From Promethearchaeota archaeon (lineage in GTDB: Archaea > Asgardarchaeota > Heimdallarchaeia > Hodarchaeales > Hodarchaeaceae), in NCBI GenBank assembly GCA_048938105.1, contig JBHLMN010000004.1:128001-192000 (forward strand): a DNA stretch of 64,000 nucleotides. The letters run 5' to 3'. This document shows positions 9,893-20,239 of the stretch, one piece after another (position 1 is the first letter of the stretch; every line of letters starts with the position of its first letter). A program made the position numbers and the translations under genes. The notes below the pieces were generated by a model, which did not search any database, was not told where the DNA came from, and saw only the letters and a list, made by a program, of their open reading frames with translations.

Positions 9893-12283
9893 GTGTTTAA
9901 AATGAAGTTATTTTTTCTAAAGGCTTGGAGAGATTTGAAACGTAAGAAAATTCGATCTATTCCGATATTCATTGTCATCATTATTGGTGGTATAGCCTCA
10001 ATCATGTATAGTAATATTTATGTCACATGGTTTGAAGCTACAAACGCTTCTTGGGGAAACCAAAGATACCATCATCTTCTTGTAACTGTCACTCCTATGG
10101 ATGCGAAAAATCTAACTCGAATAGTAAATCAAGTCAAAATAAATACAAATTTGGATCCTGATTTTGAAATTCGATCCTTTCTTGAAGTAAAAGTTAGTAA
10201 AGATACAGGAGGATCAGGAATTACAACACAGCTTTACGGAATAAACGGTACACGACCCTTACATGTAGATATGTTATATTATTATTCAGATGAAACATTG
10301 GATAAATCTAGTTCTCCTAATGTGTCGGTAGTAGACAAATATACAGCTGAACTCAATGATTGGCAAATCGGTAGTAATCTCATAATATCTGGTATTGAAG
10401 GTGTTGAACCTTTTACAGTGAGTACAATAGCACATGTGGATTCACCAGAATATCTAGTGGCACCAGGAGCGGCGGCAGCAGAATTTTTTGATTTCTGGTC
10501 TGGTCCTGTTATTTGGATGCGGTACACTGATTTATTAAGTATTACAAATAATGAGATACAAGCTAATCAAATGGTATTTCATTTTAAAGATCCATCAAAG
10601 AGAAACCTGTTTTTAGGGGAGCTAATTACAGTATTAGGGGAAGAGAATGTAATAAATACTGAAGGAAGAAATTGGTACATCGAAGTAGTAGGTTTAGAGC
10701 TTTTAGGTATGGGGGTTATTATGGCTATAGCATTTACTGGGATAGCTGCGATCTTACTATTCATAGTTTTGAAACGAATTATAGAAGAAGAACTTCCAAC
10801 TTTGGGTCTTTTCAAATCCTTAGGGTTCACAAATCGTGAACTAATAATAAGTACTATTATTTACTCACTGATCATCAGCTTAATTGGTGGGATTATTGGA
10901 TCTATATGTGGTGCTATTGTTGGAATTAGCTTAAGTGATTACATGATTTTTGAGTTAGCAGGCATTAAGAAATTACCAACTGTTGGAGGAATATCTCCGA
11001 TTTCATTACTACCTGCAGTTTGTTATTTTCTTCTTACTTGTATCCTAACTACTATGGGTTCCCTTTTCGCTGTTAGAAAGATCTTCAAAATGCGGCCTTT
11101 AGACGCCATGAAACCGAAAGCTAAATTTGATCCTGGTAAATTGACTTATGTTGAACGTATAGTAACGAAGTTTCGTTCACTTTCTCCCTTAACGAAATTT
11201 TCAATTCGTTCACTTTTTCAAGATAAACGAAAATCCATCTTTATTCTGGCTGGTATCTTTTTGGCAACATTTATTTCGTTCTTTGGAACAAATGTTACCT
11301 TTAATTATTATTCAGGGTTCGATAAGCAGATTAACTATTATCAAAATTGGGATATTCAAGTTATTTTTCGAAATTATCAAAATGAGAGTCAAATCTCAAC
11401 CATACTTCAAGAGAATGCTGGATTGATTAATGAAAATGAACCAGCTGTGCTAGTACCTTTTCGCTTTTCAGAAGATTTGTCACGTATTTATAGTTTAACA
11501 GGCCTAGTTACTAATTCTAATATGAGGCGGTTTGATAATAATATATTTCCAGCAGAAGGAGAACTTGCTATAACTAAAGATCTTGCTCTTAAGTTTAAAG
11601 TTGGAACAGGAGACGATATTAATATTAAAGTTTTCAATGCAACTCATACCCTAACAATTGGAAATGTTTTAAATGATCTATCAGGATCAGGGATTTACTG
11701 TACGATAGACACAGCACGTATGTTAGCTGGATTAGATAACAGTGATTCGAACATCCTTTTTATCAAAGCTACCGATCCAGATCAGCTTTCATCAAAATTG
11801 GAATTAGAATCTGATGTTCACAAAGTTATTAATAAGAATGATCTCAAGGAAACTATTGAGTTAATCAACAATTTGACTATGTTGTTAATTTCGCTCGCAT
11901 TGTTTGCTGGATTATTAGTTGGTGTTTCTATTGCTGTAACGATAGTATCTATTTCTATTTCTGAACGTAAACACGATTTCATCAGTTTTAGAGCACTAGG
12001 AGTGTCAAATAAGGAATTATTTAATACAATTCTGCTAGAACTTATAATAGCTGGGATAGGCGGTTTAGTTTTTGGTTTTATTGGCAGCCTTTTTCTGACA
12101 AACGCCCTATATGATTTTGCAGCAACAGTTGGTGTGATTCTTATTTTTGAGTTATCACCTGTTAGTATTGGCATAACAATTGCGAATGTGGGTCTTGGAA
12201 TTGTCTTAGCAACTTATTTTTCGCTCCGATCACTCTTCCGAACTTCGATTTCTGAAGAAACGGTGAGTAGAATTATAGGTTGA
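9893..12283 (+). CDS. FtsX/MacB-like ABC permease (duplicated architecture)
   Basis: AWRDLKRKKIRS N-terminus and two extracytoplasmic domains, each followed by an FtsX motif (LGLFKSLGFT; ERKHDFISFRALG). Confidence 0.9.
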   Translation: MFKMKLFFLKAWRDLKRKKIRSIPIFIVIIIGGIASIMYSNIYVTWFEATNASWGNQRYHHLLVTVTPMDAKNLTRIVNQVKINTNLDPDFEIRSFLEVKVSKDTGGSGITTQLYGINGTRPLHVDMLYYYSDETLDKSSSPNVSVVDKYTAELNDWQIGSNLIISGIEGVEPFTVSTIAHVDSPEYLVAPGAAAAEFFDFWSGPVIWMRYTDLLSITNNEIQANQMVFHFKDPSKRNLFLGELITVLGEENVINTEGRNWYIEVVGLELLGMGVIMAIAFTGIAAILLFIVLKRIIEEELPTLGLFKSLGFTNRELIISTIIYSLIISLIGGIIGSICGAIVGISLSDYMIFELAGIKKLPTVGGISPISLLPAVCYFLLTCILTTMGSLFAVRKIFKMRPLDAMKPKAKFDPGKLTYVERIVTKFRSLSPLTKFSIRSLFQDKRKSIFILAGIFLATFISFFGTNVTFNYYSGFDKQINYYQNWDIQVIFRNYQNESQISTILQENAGLINENEPAVLVPFRFSEDLSRIYSLTGLVTNSNMRRFDNNIFPAEGELAITKDLALKFKVGTGDDINIKVFNATHTLTIGNVLNDLSGSGIYCTIDTARMLAGLDNSDSNILFIKATDPDQLSSKLELESDVHKVINKNDLKETIELINNLTMLLISLALFAGLLVGVSIAVTIVSISISERKHDFISFRALGVSNKELFNTILLELIIAGIGGLVFGFIGSLFLTNALYDFAATVGVILIFELSPVSIGITIANVGLGIVLATYFSLRSLFRTSISEETVSRIIG

Positions 12284-12445
12284 AGAAGCTGCGCCAATTT
12301 TTCCCCCCTTTTTTTCTTAAAACTCTTTTCCTTTTATTTTTTTGAATGTACAGATATACAGATATTAATTAATCATATATGTAAAGAATATAAAAAAAAA
12401 TACTAAAATAGTTGTATTCAGATAACATACACGAAGGATGACCAA

Positions 12446-13897
12446 ATGAAAGAAATCATCGTCGGAGTATATCTAACTGCCGTCATCTTGCTCAATATTT
12501 GGGCTTTAAACTTTCTTCAAATTTTTCTTCGTTTTATTTTCATCCGATTACGTAAAGGACGATTCCAGTTTGATTTTCCCCAAGATTATTTTCCCATGGT
12601 TACGTTTCAAATACCTATTTATAATGAACGTCCAGAAATGATTCAAATAATCCTTGAAAGCATCTATCTACAAAAGTACCCAAAAGATCGAATTGAAATT
12701 TTAATTCTGGATCAAAGTGATGATCATGTAATCATTGATGCTCTAAAATCAGTTGTAAAGGAATTTAAAAGGAAGACCTTAATGAACGTATCAATTGTAT
12801 TTGTTGATCGTTTTGGTGATCCTACTGATACTTCAACCCAATTTAAGGCTGGTTCATTAAATTTTGTTACAAAAAAAAGTTTAGGTGATATTTTTATTGT
12901 TGTTGATGGGGATACCTATCTTGACCCAGATTATCTAAGTTATATCATTCCACATTTTTCACGAAAAGAGATTGGATTGGTTTTACCCCGTCCAACCGTG
13001 CACACTCGTCATAAAGATATTTTTGCGTGTTGGGTACGACTTACAAATCACTTTTACTTCATAAAGAATTACATCGAATCGGTTGTAGGTATCCCAGTGA
13101 GCTTCTTAGGAAATGGGGTTGCTCTTCGACGAGAGGTAGTAGAGCGATTCCGTTGGGATACAACACAGGAGGATGCTTGCATGGGGTATTATGCCACGAC
13201 TATTGGAAAATGGAGAGCATGGTTCGAAAGTAAGGCGGTTGTATATGATGAGGGAGTCATATATAGTCTTAAAGATGGTAAAAAGAAGTGGGCACGCTTA
13301 GCTCATGGACAAAGTCAATTCATCAAGAAAATTACACATGATTCCGAGAATCGACGAACATTCCTCCTCAATTACCAAATATTAATCAAGGCAATATTAG
13401 GACCCGCTTTACCCTTGTTGCTTATTCTTCTTCCATTCATTCTGTTTTGGGTGTATTATTATGATATCTCATTCGAGTCATGGATTGGTATTACTCTCGG
13501 GATCTTTTCATTATTAGGGAGTATAAGTACGTTCTTTTTATTATATATGGTTTATAGATATGGACCTATTAGCGACCTTTTCTATTATCTAATTTTGCCT
13601 TTAAACGGGATTGTGTGTCTTGTTCCAGGCGTATTAGCTTTTGTAAGTGGTCTTTTTGGAGGAGAAAGAGACTTCTACCGTGTCCAGAGACACTCAAAGG
13701 CTATTCCAAAAACTGAAACGGGAGTTAAATTAATAGAAGGAGGATTAGCAATTTTCTTCTTAATTACTCTCTTTATATTTCTTCATAAATCATCCGCATT
13801 CGTTTTTTATTTCACTTATTTTGGAGTAATGATCGCTAGTTTTACTAATTTCCGGATTCCTCAACGAGACATCTTAACGGAGTTACCTACAAAGTAA
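12446..13897 (+). CDS. Glycosyltransferase family 2, cellulose-synthase-like membrane architecture
   Basis: QIPIYNE, ILDQSDD, FKAGSLN, DGD and TQEDA (TED-like) motifs. One N-terminal and several C-terminal TMs. Confidence 0.9.
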   Translation: MKEIIVGVYLTAVILLNIWALNFLQIFLRFIFIRLRKGRFQFDFPQDYFPMVTFQIPIYNERPEMIQIILESIYLQKYPKDRIEILILDQSDDHVIIDALKSVVKEFKRKTLMNVSIVFVDRFGDPTDTSTQFKAGSLNFVTKKSLGDIFIVVDGDTYLDPDYLSYIIPHFSRKEIGLVLPRPTVHTRHKDIFACWVRLTNHFYFIKNYIESVVGIPVSFLGNGVALRREVVERFRWDTTQEDACMGYYATTIGKWRAWFESKAVVYDEGVIYSLKDGKKKWARLAHGQSQFIKKITHDSENRRTFLLNYQILIKAILGPALPLLLILLPFILFWVYYYDISFESWIGITLGIFSLLGSISTFFLLYMVYRYGPISDLFYYLILPLNGIVCLVPGVLAFVSGLFGGERDFYRVQRHSKAIPKTETGVKLIEGGLAIFFLITLFIFLHKSSAFVFYFTYFGVMIASFTNFRIPQRDILTELPTK

Positions 13898-14191
13898 GAA
13901 GCTGTCTCCCTCCCCTCAGAGGTAGATAAGTCTTCTGAAACATCCTCTAAGATTCTCACATCCTAAGTATCAACATTAAAGAAATTTACATAAATTTCTG
14001 ATAGGAGAGTTTTAATCAATAGCATAATTGAAGGATGATTTAAGCCTCTTTTTCTAGTCGTATTAGCAAAAATTCCTAACTACAGAGAGATTATTTTAGA
14101 ATACCATTATTCGAGTTTTTAATTCTTGAATAGAAGGGGGAATGAGGAAGAGGAGGGAGTTAGTGATGCACTAATCGAAATGTTTTTATAG

Positions 14192-15169
14192 GTGCAAATT
14201 GCACAATCTATACAAGTAATGAAAAGAGGTTTCAAAACGAGCCTTCGTTCAATGGTCAGAATCATTTCACAAAATAAAAAAATTTTATTCATATTTTTGC
14301 CTTTTTTTGTAATTAATGTTTGGTTTTTTGTTTTACTTTATACTTTATCTAAAGTTCCCTTTTATTCTCTCACTCTTGGTTTAAATACTGATTTAATTGC
14401 ATCTCATGTCTATTTTGTTCATGGTTTCAATGGTGATGATTCCCAATTTCATGATTTGATACGCTACCTGAACAGTACAAGCCTTTTTAGATGTAACTCA
14501 GTTCGAAATGTCACCCCTCTTTATTTTAATTATTATACGAAATATTACAATCTATGCATGACAAAAGAGGAGATCCACAACATTAAAGGCGGTATTTCCA
14601 CGTATGCTAAAGATTTTTATGAGCAACTTCGTGTTACTCATAAGACACCCACCCAAATTGATATTGTAGCCCATAGTCTTGGTGGTTTAATTACCCGAGA
14701 GATGCTTAGGATTTATCGGACTGAGTTGGAAAAACAAGGGATTCAAGTTTTGCGTGTTATTACGTTAGGAACCCCGCATCTTGGCACAGAAATATCAAAT
14801 CATCCTCTAGCGGAGCAAATCTTGTATTTTTTTGGATATCATGGAACAACAATAGAACGTTCAGTCACACCAGGTAGTGCTTTTCTTTCTCGTCTCAATC
14901 AAAATTCTAGCAGCTATATGGAAGATATTGCATGGTACTTCGTAGCAGGAGTTTCGTTACATCCTTTAGTAGTTCTTGTTCAAGAGACTATCTTTGATGG
15001 AGTTCCCTGTGATGGTCTTGTTGATTGTGAGAGTGCTTTAGCCCTAGGATTACCTTTCGAGCCTATCAATCGGATAATAATTCAGAAGGATCATGACCAA
15101 CTACTCTGGGACCCCCAAAATCAAGAATCTTATAAATATATTAACAAGTGGTTATCAGCAACTCCTTAG
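14192..15169 (+). CDS. Membrane-anchored alpha/beta hydrolase (lipase/PGAP1-like)
   Basis: FVHGF oxyanion motif, AHSLGG nucleophile elbow, TLGTPHLG, DGLV, C-terminal His, N-terminal TM. The true start is probably a downstream ATG. Confidence 0.85.
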   Translation: MQIAQSIQVMKRGFKTSLRSMVRIISQNKKILFIFLPFFVINVWFFVLLYTLSKVPFYSLTLGLNTDLIASHVYFVHGFNGDDSQFHDLIRYLNSTSLFRCNSVRNVTPLYFNYYTKYYNLCMTKEEIHNIKGGISTYAKDFYEQLRVTHKTPTQIDIVAHSLGGLITREMLRIYRTELEKQGIQVLRVITLGTPHLGTEISNHPLAEQILYFFGYHGTTIERSVTPGSAFLSRLNQNSSSYMEDIAWYFVAGVSLHPLVVLVQETIFDGVPCDGLVDCESALALGLPFEPINRIIIQKDHDQLLWDPQNQESYKYINKWLSATP

Positions 15170-15242
15170 GGTAGTTTATAAGAACATATAAAATTTCGAG
15201 ATCTATCACTACTCAATAATCTCGATTCTCAATTACCTTTTA

Positions 15243-18200
15243 TTGTCGATTTTTAGAGCTAATCTTATTGGGAAGATGAGCCCATTGGTTAGAATAATGT
15301 TTAGTAAGATTAGTAACACAATTTTTCTAACCTATGAACTTATAATTGAAAATAGGAGGTTAGCTCTTCCTACTATGATTGGTTTAATCATCGCTTTGAC
15401 AGTGATTTCTCATACTGGAGCCTTAATCGACTCCTATCGCCAGGAAATATTTGAGGAGACTGTTTTTAATCCTTTTTATGGTTACTCTGCATATCAGGGA
15501 GATGTTGAGATTGAATTATACTTAAGGGATATCTTAGGGACCTATTTAACTGCTGTCCAAGGGTCTACTCATAATCCTGAGTTGTTGATAAACTATGATG
15601 TTTATGATAAATACATTGAGAAATCTATTGATCTATCTCACTATTCGGACTATATTTCCCAATTCTTTTGGTATAGTACAATAAATTTCAATGTGTGGAT
15701 AAATAAATCGGGTCATCCTGAAATCCCTGAACAACCTAAAAGTTTTCTTGGTTCTTGGAGCACAGAAATATTTACTTCTTCTTCTTTGGAATTTTTCGAT
15801 CAGTTGGAGAAAAATCTTAAGAATACGGGGTCAGGGCGTCTTCCACAAACTTCTTCAGAGATTATATTTATTCGACCAAGTTCCTCTTCTTTGGAAGAAT
15901 TAGATAAATCAATTGATTCAATGTTTGAAAATTTCACGCTTAATGCTAAGATTAATTTAACGACCCACTCGTACCATACTACTCTTAGCCTTGAAAGGCC
16001 AAACAAAACCGTTACAATCGTCGGGATTGTAGAATATGAACGAAACTTTGATTCTAAACAAGTTATTGAGGGTAGTAATTCTGATTTACTTCGAACCTAC
16101 TTGAATGAACATATATATCAATACTATTTCTTAACAAAGCCAGCATTTCTCAACCAAACACTATTTGATTTCTCAGAGATGGGAATTGAAGAACTCTGGA
16201 GAATTGGAGAAATTAAGGGTAAGATCTTTCTTGACCACTCCCACTTTAATGCTTATAATGTTAATTCTGAGATTTCACAGTTAGAAAAATTCCTAATATC
16301 CTTAGAAAATAAAGTATATCCTGTTACAAATAACCCTTTCGTATATTCTAAAATTTTAGAGGATATGCGGAATTTTGCTAATTATATCTTTGGTTTACTA
16401 GTAATATTACTTCTGATTAGTACACCAGTTCTCTGTATCGCTCTTTTTCTAGTTGTTTATTCCTTTGGACTTATTCGAAGACAAAAACAAGAGCAAATTG
16501 GAGTTATCAAAATGAGAGGAGGATCCTGGGTTCAAATATTTTCAGTTCTTCTTGGAGAATTGGTAATATTTACACTCTTAGCTGTCATCATTGGATTTTT
16601 CGCTTCTATTTTTCTAGCAGATATTGTTATGCGTTCCACAAACTACCTCGAATTCTTAGGAGTTCAAATGCCCGTTCGTATTACAATCAATTTTATTCAA
16701 TCGCTGCTTTTTTGGGGAATTGTCTTAACATTTCTTCTTAATTTTAAACGTATCTTACAAATGAGCCGTCAACCCATTAAAGAGACCATAATTCCAGTTG
16801 AAACTCAAGATCCTCTCTGGAAAAGATATTATCTAGATTTATTATCATTTTTGATCGGAACTTGTGTTTGGATGATGTATACCTCCCTGATTAAATCCAA
16901 ATACTTGGGAGAGTATGAATCCTTTGTATCCTCCTTACTTCTTCTTATATCATTATTTGCTCTTCTTGCTCCTTTTCTCATTTTTTTTAGTACTATAATG
17001 TTAATCACTAGGATTTCTCCCTTTTTGATTCAACAGCTTTCTAAAATTCTCTGGAGAGTTATAGGAGGAGTTCCAGCGATTTCTATTCGAAATATTATAC
17101 GTCATAAGCAAGCTACAAATCGGGCAATTATCCTGATCACCCTAGCACTTTCGTTTACTATTCTTTCCTCCTCATTGATCTTTTCGCTTGATGAGACTGA
17201 GCGGGTCAAAATATATTACCAAGGAGGAGCGGATATATCACTTAATCTAAAGTCCAAGAATACTAGAATACGTATTCTCTTAGAAGAGAATATTTCTAAC
17301 ATTCAAAGTATTTCTAGTGTTATCTTAGCAGAGAACATTCTGAGGAGTTCCGAGGGACAAAAGTATCAATTTCTTTTTCTTGAACCCGATTCGTACACTC
17401 GTACTGCCTTTAATGACCCTAATCGATTTGAATTAAGTAGTTCCTTATCGAAACTTATGGAGGAAATTTCCGATAACCAAACTGTGATTCTATATGAAGA
17501 AAATTTGAAAGCTACTCCTCAGGAACTTAAGATTTATGAAAATCTCTCTCTCTTAGTCTCTAACACTACAAGTACAGAGGGATTGTCTCTTCGCATTGGA
17601 GGTACATTCAAATATTGGCCTTTATTATACCCTCATCCATGGTATGATTTTTCTTCAACGTATTGGCTTGTAGGAAGCATCGGTCTGTTTGAAAGATTGA
17701 ACAAAGATAACTATATAGATATACAAGATGTTTATTACTTTGCGAGTGTAGATTCATCAGGTAATATTGATGAAACAATACATGAAATCTATAATGAGAC
17801 AGGTATCACCCCAAAATCACCAGGGTTAGAATATCAAAGATATCAAGCTTCATTCACCCGTCGATTCACCCTGTCGGTATTAAATTCTAATTTAATAATC
17901 TGTATTTGCATTTCTGTCATTGGAATAATTATGTTTGCTTTTTTCATTTATGTTGAACGAGGGAAAGAGATAGGGGTTGAAAGAGCCCTTGGAATGACAC
18001 GATTACAAACAGCTCAATCCTATTTAATTGAAGCCATAACTATTCTAGTTTTTGGTTCTGTTATAGGAATTATAACAGGGATGTTCTATGTTACAATGTT
18101 TTTACAAATCACTCAATTCGGCCAAACTGTTCCTCCTCCTGTTGTCACTTTACCAATAACCTTGTTTGCTCAAATAATTATTGTAATAATTATTGCTGCA

Positions 18201-18272
18201 GCCATTGGTACCATCATACCAGCATATTTGGCAACCCGTAAAGATATTAGCCACGTACTTAAGGTTGAATAA
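15243..18272 (+). CDS. Large FtsX/MacB-like ABC permease with no adjacent ATPase
   Basis: FtsX motifs EQIGVIKMRGGS and ERGKEIGVERALGMT, with two large extracytoplasmic domains. Start may be ATG 15297. Confidence 0.85.
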   Translation: MSIFRANLIGKMSPLVRIMFSKISNTIFLTYELIIENRRLALPTMIGLIIALTVISHTGALIDSYRQEIFEETVFNPFYGYSAYQGDVEIELYLRDILGTYLTAVQGSTHNPELLINYDVYDKYIEKSIDLSHYSDYISQFFWYSTINFNVWINKSGHPEIPEQPKSFLGSWSTEIFTSSSLEFFDQLEKNLKNTGSGRLPQTSSEIIFIRPSSSSLEELDKSIDSMFENFTLNAKINLTTHSYHTTLSLERPNKTVTIVGIVEYERNFDSKQVIEGSNSDLLRTYLNEHIYQYYFLTKPAFLNQTLFDFSEMGIEELWRIGEIKGKIFLDHSHFNAYNVNSEISQLEKFLISLENKVYPVTNNPFVYSKILEDMRNFANYIFGLLVILLLISTPVLCIALFLVVYSFGLIRRQKQEQIGVIKMRGGSWVQIFSVLLGELVIFTLLAVIIGFFASIFLADIVMRSTNYLEFLGVQMPVRITINFIQSLLFWGIVLTFLLNFKRILQMSRQPIKETIIPVETQDPLWKRYYLDLLSFLIGTCVWMMYTSLIKSKYLGEYESFVSSLLLLISLFALLAPFLIFFSTIMLITRISPFLIQQLSKILWRVIGGVPAISIRNIIRHKQATNRAIILITLALSFTILSSSLIFSLDETERVKIYYQGGADISLNLKSKNTRIRILLEENISNIQSISSVILAENILRSSEGQKYQFLFLEPDSYTRTAFNDPNRFELSSSLSKLMEEISDNQTVILYEENLKATPQELKIYENLSLLVSNTTSTEGLSLRIGGTFKYWPLLYPHPWYDFSSTYWLVGSIGLFERLNKDNYIDIQDVYYFASVDSSGNIDETIHEIYNETGITPKSPGLEYQRYQASFTRRFTLSVLNSNLIICICISVIGIIMFAFFIYVERGKEIGVERALGMTRLQTAQSYLIEAITILVFGSVIGIITGMFYVTMFLQITQFGQTVPPPVVTLPITLFAQIIIVIIIAAAIGTIIPAYLATRKDISHVLKVE

Positions 18273-18293
18273 TCGAATTCTTCTTTCTTAGGC

Positions 18294-19118
18294 TTAGAGT
18301 ACTCTTTTAGGCGTTAATACTCGAAAACGTGGAAAAGAATAATAGTTATTAGTTTCATCTTCTATTAATGAGACTGAATTTGATTTAATTTTCTCGAATC
18401 CTTTTATCACTTCTTCTAAAAATGATCTATCTAGGGGTGTCTGATTATGAGCAGGGAATAGAATTTCAACGGAGTCTAGAAGACTTTTTAGTCTTTTAAT
18501 CGAAATGATATAATCTTGGAGGTTACTTCCCTGTAAGTGAGCATATAAAGGCCCTTGATAGATGACATCACCTGTAAATAAATGCCCAAAATCATGATTC
18601 CAAAGACAAATAGATCCAGGTGAATGACCAGGCAAATGAAAAACAGTCAATTCATACTCCCCTATATCAATAATGTCACCATCTTGTAATAATCGAGTTG
18701 GATTTGATGGAAAAATCCGATATTCCTTAAGATGAAAATCAGGGGGTAAAGCTCTCCAAATTTTTTCCTTTGTCATTTGCGTTTTTAAAAAATCATGTCC
18801 TACGCCAAGTTCTATTTCCTTTGCTTCTATCTTATGGATAGCGATTTCCTCAAAGAGATGATTTCCTCCAATATGATCCCAATGTGAGTGTGTATTTATT
18901 ACTTGAATAGGTAGTTTTGTATATTGCCGTGTGACTGATTTAATATTTGCAATTCCCATTCCAGTATCAATCATTGCAGCCTTTTCTGATCCAATTATTA
19001 AGTAACTGATAACTTCTTCTGAGTGGCCTGGTTCTTGGATTGCATAGATATCTGGACAGTTTTTTCGTTGATCCTGTGGTTCAGAGACCTCAAACCAATT
19101 TTGAGACATTTTCATCAT
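18294..19118 (-). CDS. MBL-fold metallo-hydrolase
   Basis: IDTG, THSHWDHIGG, PGHSPGS, FTGD, PAH. Start moved to ATG 19118, just after the upstream stop. Confidence 0.9.
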   Translation of the reverse strand: MMKMSQNWFEVSEPQDQRKNCPDIYAIQEPGHSEEVISYLIIGSEKAAMIDTGMGIANIKSVTRQYTKLPIQVINTHSHWDHIGGNHLFEEIAIHKIEAKEIELGVGHDFLKTQMTKEKIWRALPPDFHLKEYRIFPSNPTRLLQDGDIIDIGEYELTVFHLPGHSPGSICLWNHDFGHLFTGDVIYQGPLYAHLQGSNLQDYIISIKRLKSLLDSVEILFPAHNQTPLDRSFLEEVIKGFEKIKSNSVSLIEDETNNYYSFPRFRVLTPKRVL

Positions 19119-19120
19119 AT

Positions 19121-19720
19121 TTATCCAAAAAACTTTTCTACACAATTTGGGCATAATATAGTCGTTTCTTCACCTTCACGTTTGATTTCATGTTCATGGG
19201 TCTTACAAATTAGATTTTTACATATTTGACAGGAATTCTGCGCTTCTTCTGTCCTACAGATATAACAATATTCAATAGTAGAAGGTGTTTTTCTTACTAA
19301 AGATGGGAATAACCGTGTTTTAATAACATCGACTATTACTAGAGGAATGTTTTGTTTATCGAGATTATCCTTGAGAATTCGCCAAGTATCGATAGTTAAA
19401 TTTCTTTTACTCCATTCATCCAGTTGATAAGCTAAATTCTGATAGTCTTTCTTCTGTTCAACAAGTCGTTCGGGATGTAGGATTACAGCAGGTATAATAA
19501 AGAATTGTTTTCTTCCATCCAGAATAAGTCCCCGTTCGTGTACCAAACCTGCTTTTATCATTATGTTTAGGTGATGATTCAAGCTTGCACGACTGAGATC
19601 ATATTTTTTTGCTAATTCACTTTTAGAAATGAATAGTCTCTGTAGAATATATTCAAATAACTCTAATCGTCTTTCATTGTCTAAAGCTTCAAAAATCTGC
19701 TTATATTTCCCAAGAGTCAA
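19121..19720 (-). CDS. ArsR-family winged-HTH regulator with C-terminal Cys/His zinc finger
   Basis: FEALDNERRLEL...SRASLNHHLNIMIKAGLV, then CxxC-x8-CxxC-x4-CxxH...CPNC at the C-terminus. Confidence 0.85.
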   Translation of the reverse strand: MTLGKYKQIFEALDNERRLELFEYILQRLFISKSELAKKYDLSRASLNHHLNIMIKAGLVHERGLILDGRKQFFIIPAVILHPERLVEQKKDYQNLAYQLDEWSKRNLTIDTWRILKDNLDKQNIPLVIVDVIKTRLFPSLVRKTPSTIEYCYICRTEEAQNSCQICKNLICKTHEHEIKREGEETTILCPNCVEKFFG

Positions 19721-20030
19721 CTTGAATTATTCCCAAAAGAGTGTACTTGAGTTAATACGGAATTTCACAAAAATAATTAAAAAGTGTTCTAACTTCTATT
19801 TTTTTTTGATTGAGTTTTAATGCACCTTTTCAGGTGAAATTCTTTAGCTTTGGTTGAAGAAATCATACTAGCAATAATGTGAAGATTAATATTACAAACT
19901 CACCTGCTTTCTGAGTAATTTCATTCCTTTTTTACTCATGAAAAAGATCTACGGAAATCTTTAGAGAACTTCATTAAATTAAGTCATTTTTTAGGCTAAT
20001 TGAATAATAATCACAAGACTAACCCTTTAT

Positions 20031-20153
20031 GTGATTCCATCAGCCATATTATTCGATTTAGATGATACACTTTCTGATAGCGAAGTGATCATCATCCAAT
20101 CAGGGAAAAAACCATATAACCTAATGTTGAATGGAATGAAAACAACCTCTTGA
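20031..20153 (+). pseudogene. Truncated HAD-superfamily hydrolase fragment (40 aa)
   Basis: GTG-started frame MIPSAILFDLDDTLSDSEVII... carries HAD motif I (DxD-x-T) and stops after 40 codons. Confidence 0.5.
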
Positions 20154-20239
20154 GAAGATAGATTAAGTAATTCCTAGACTAATACGCCTCTTAAATTTAA
20201 TTGAATAATTCAAAGATACCCGCTTAGGAAGGAAAAATA

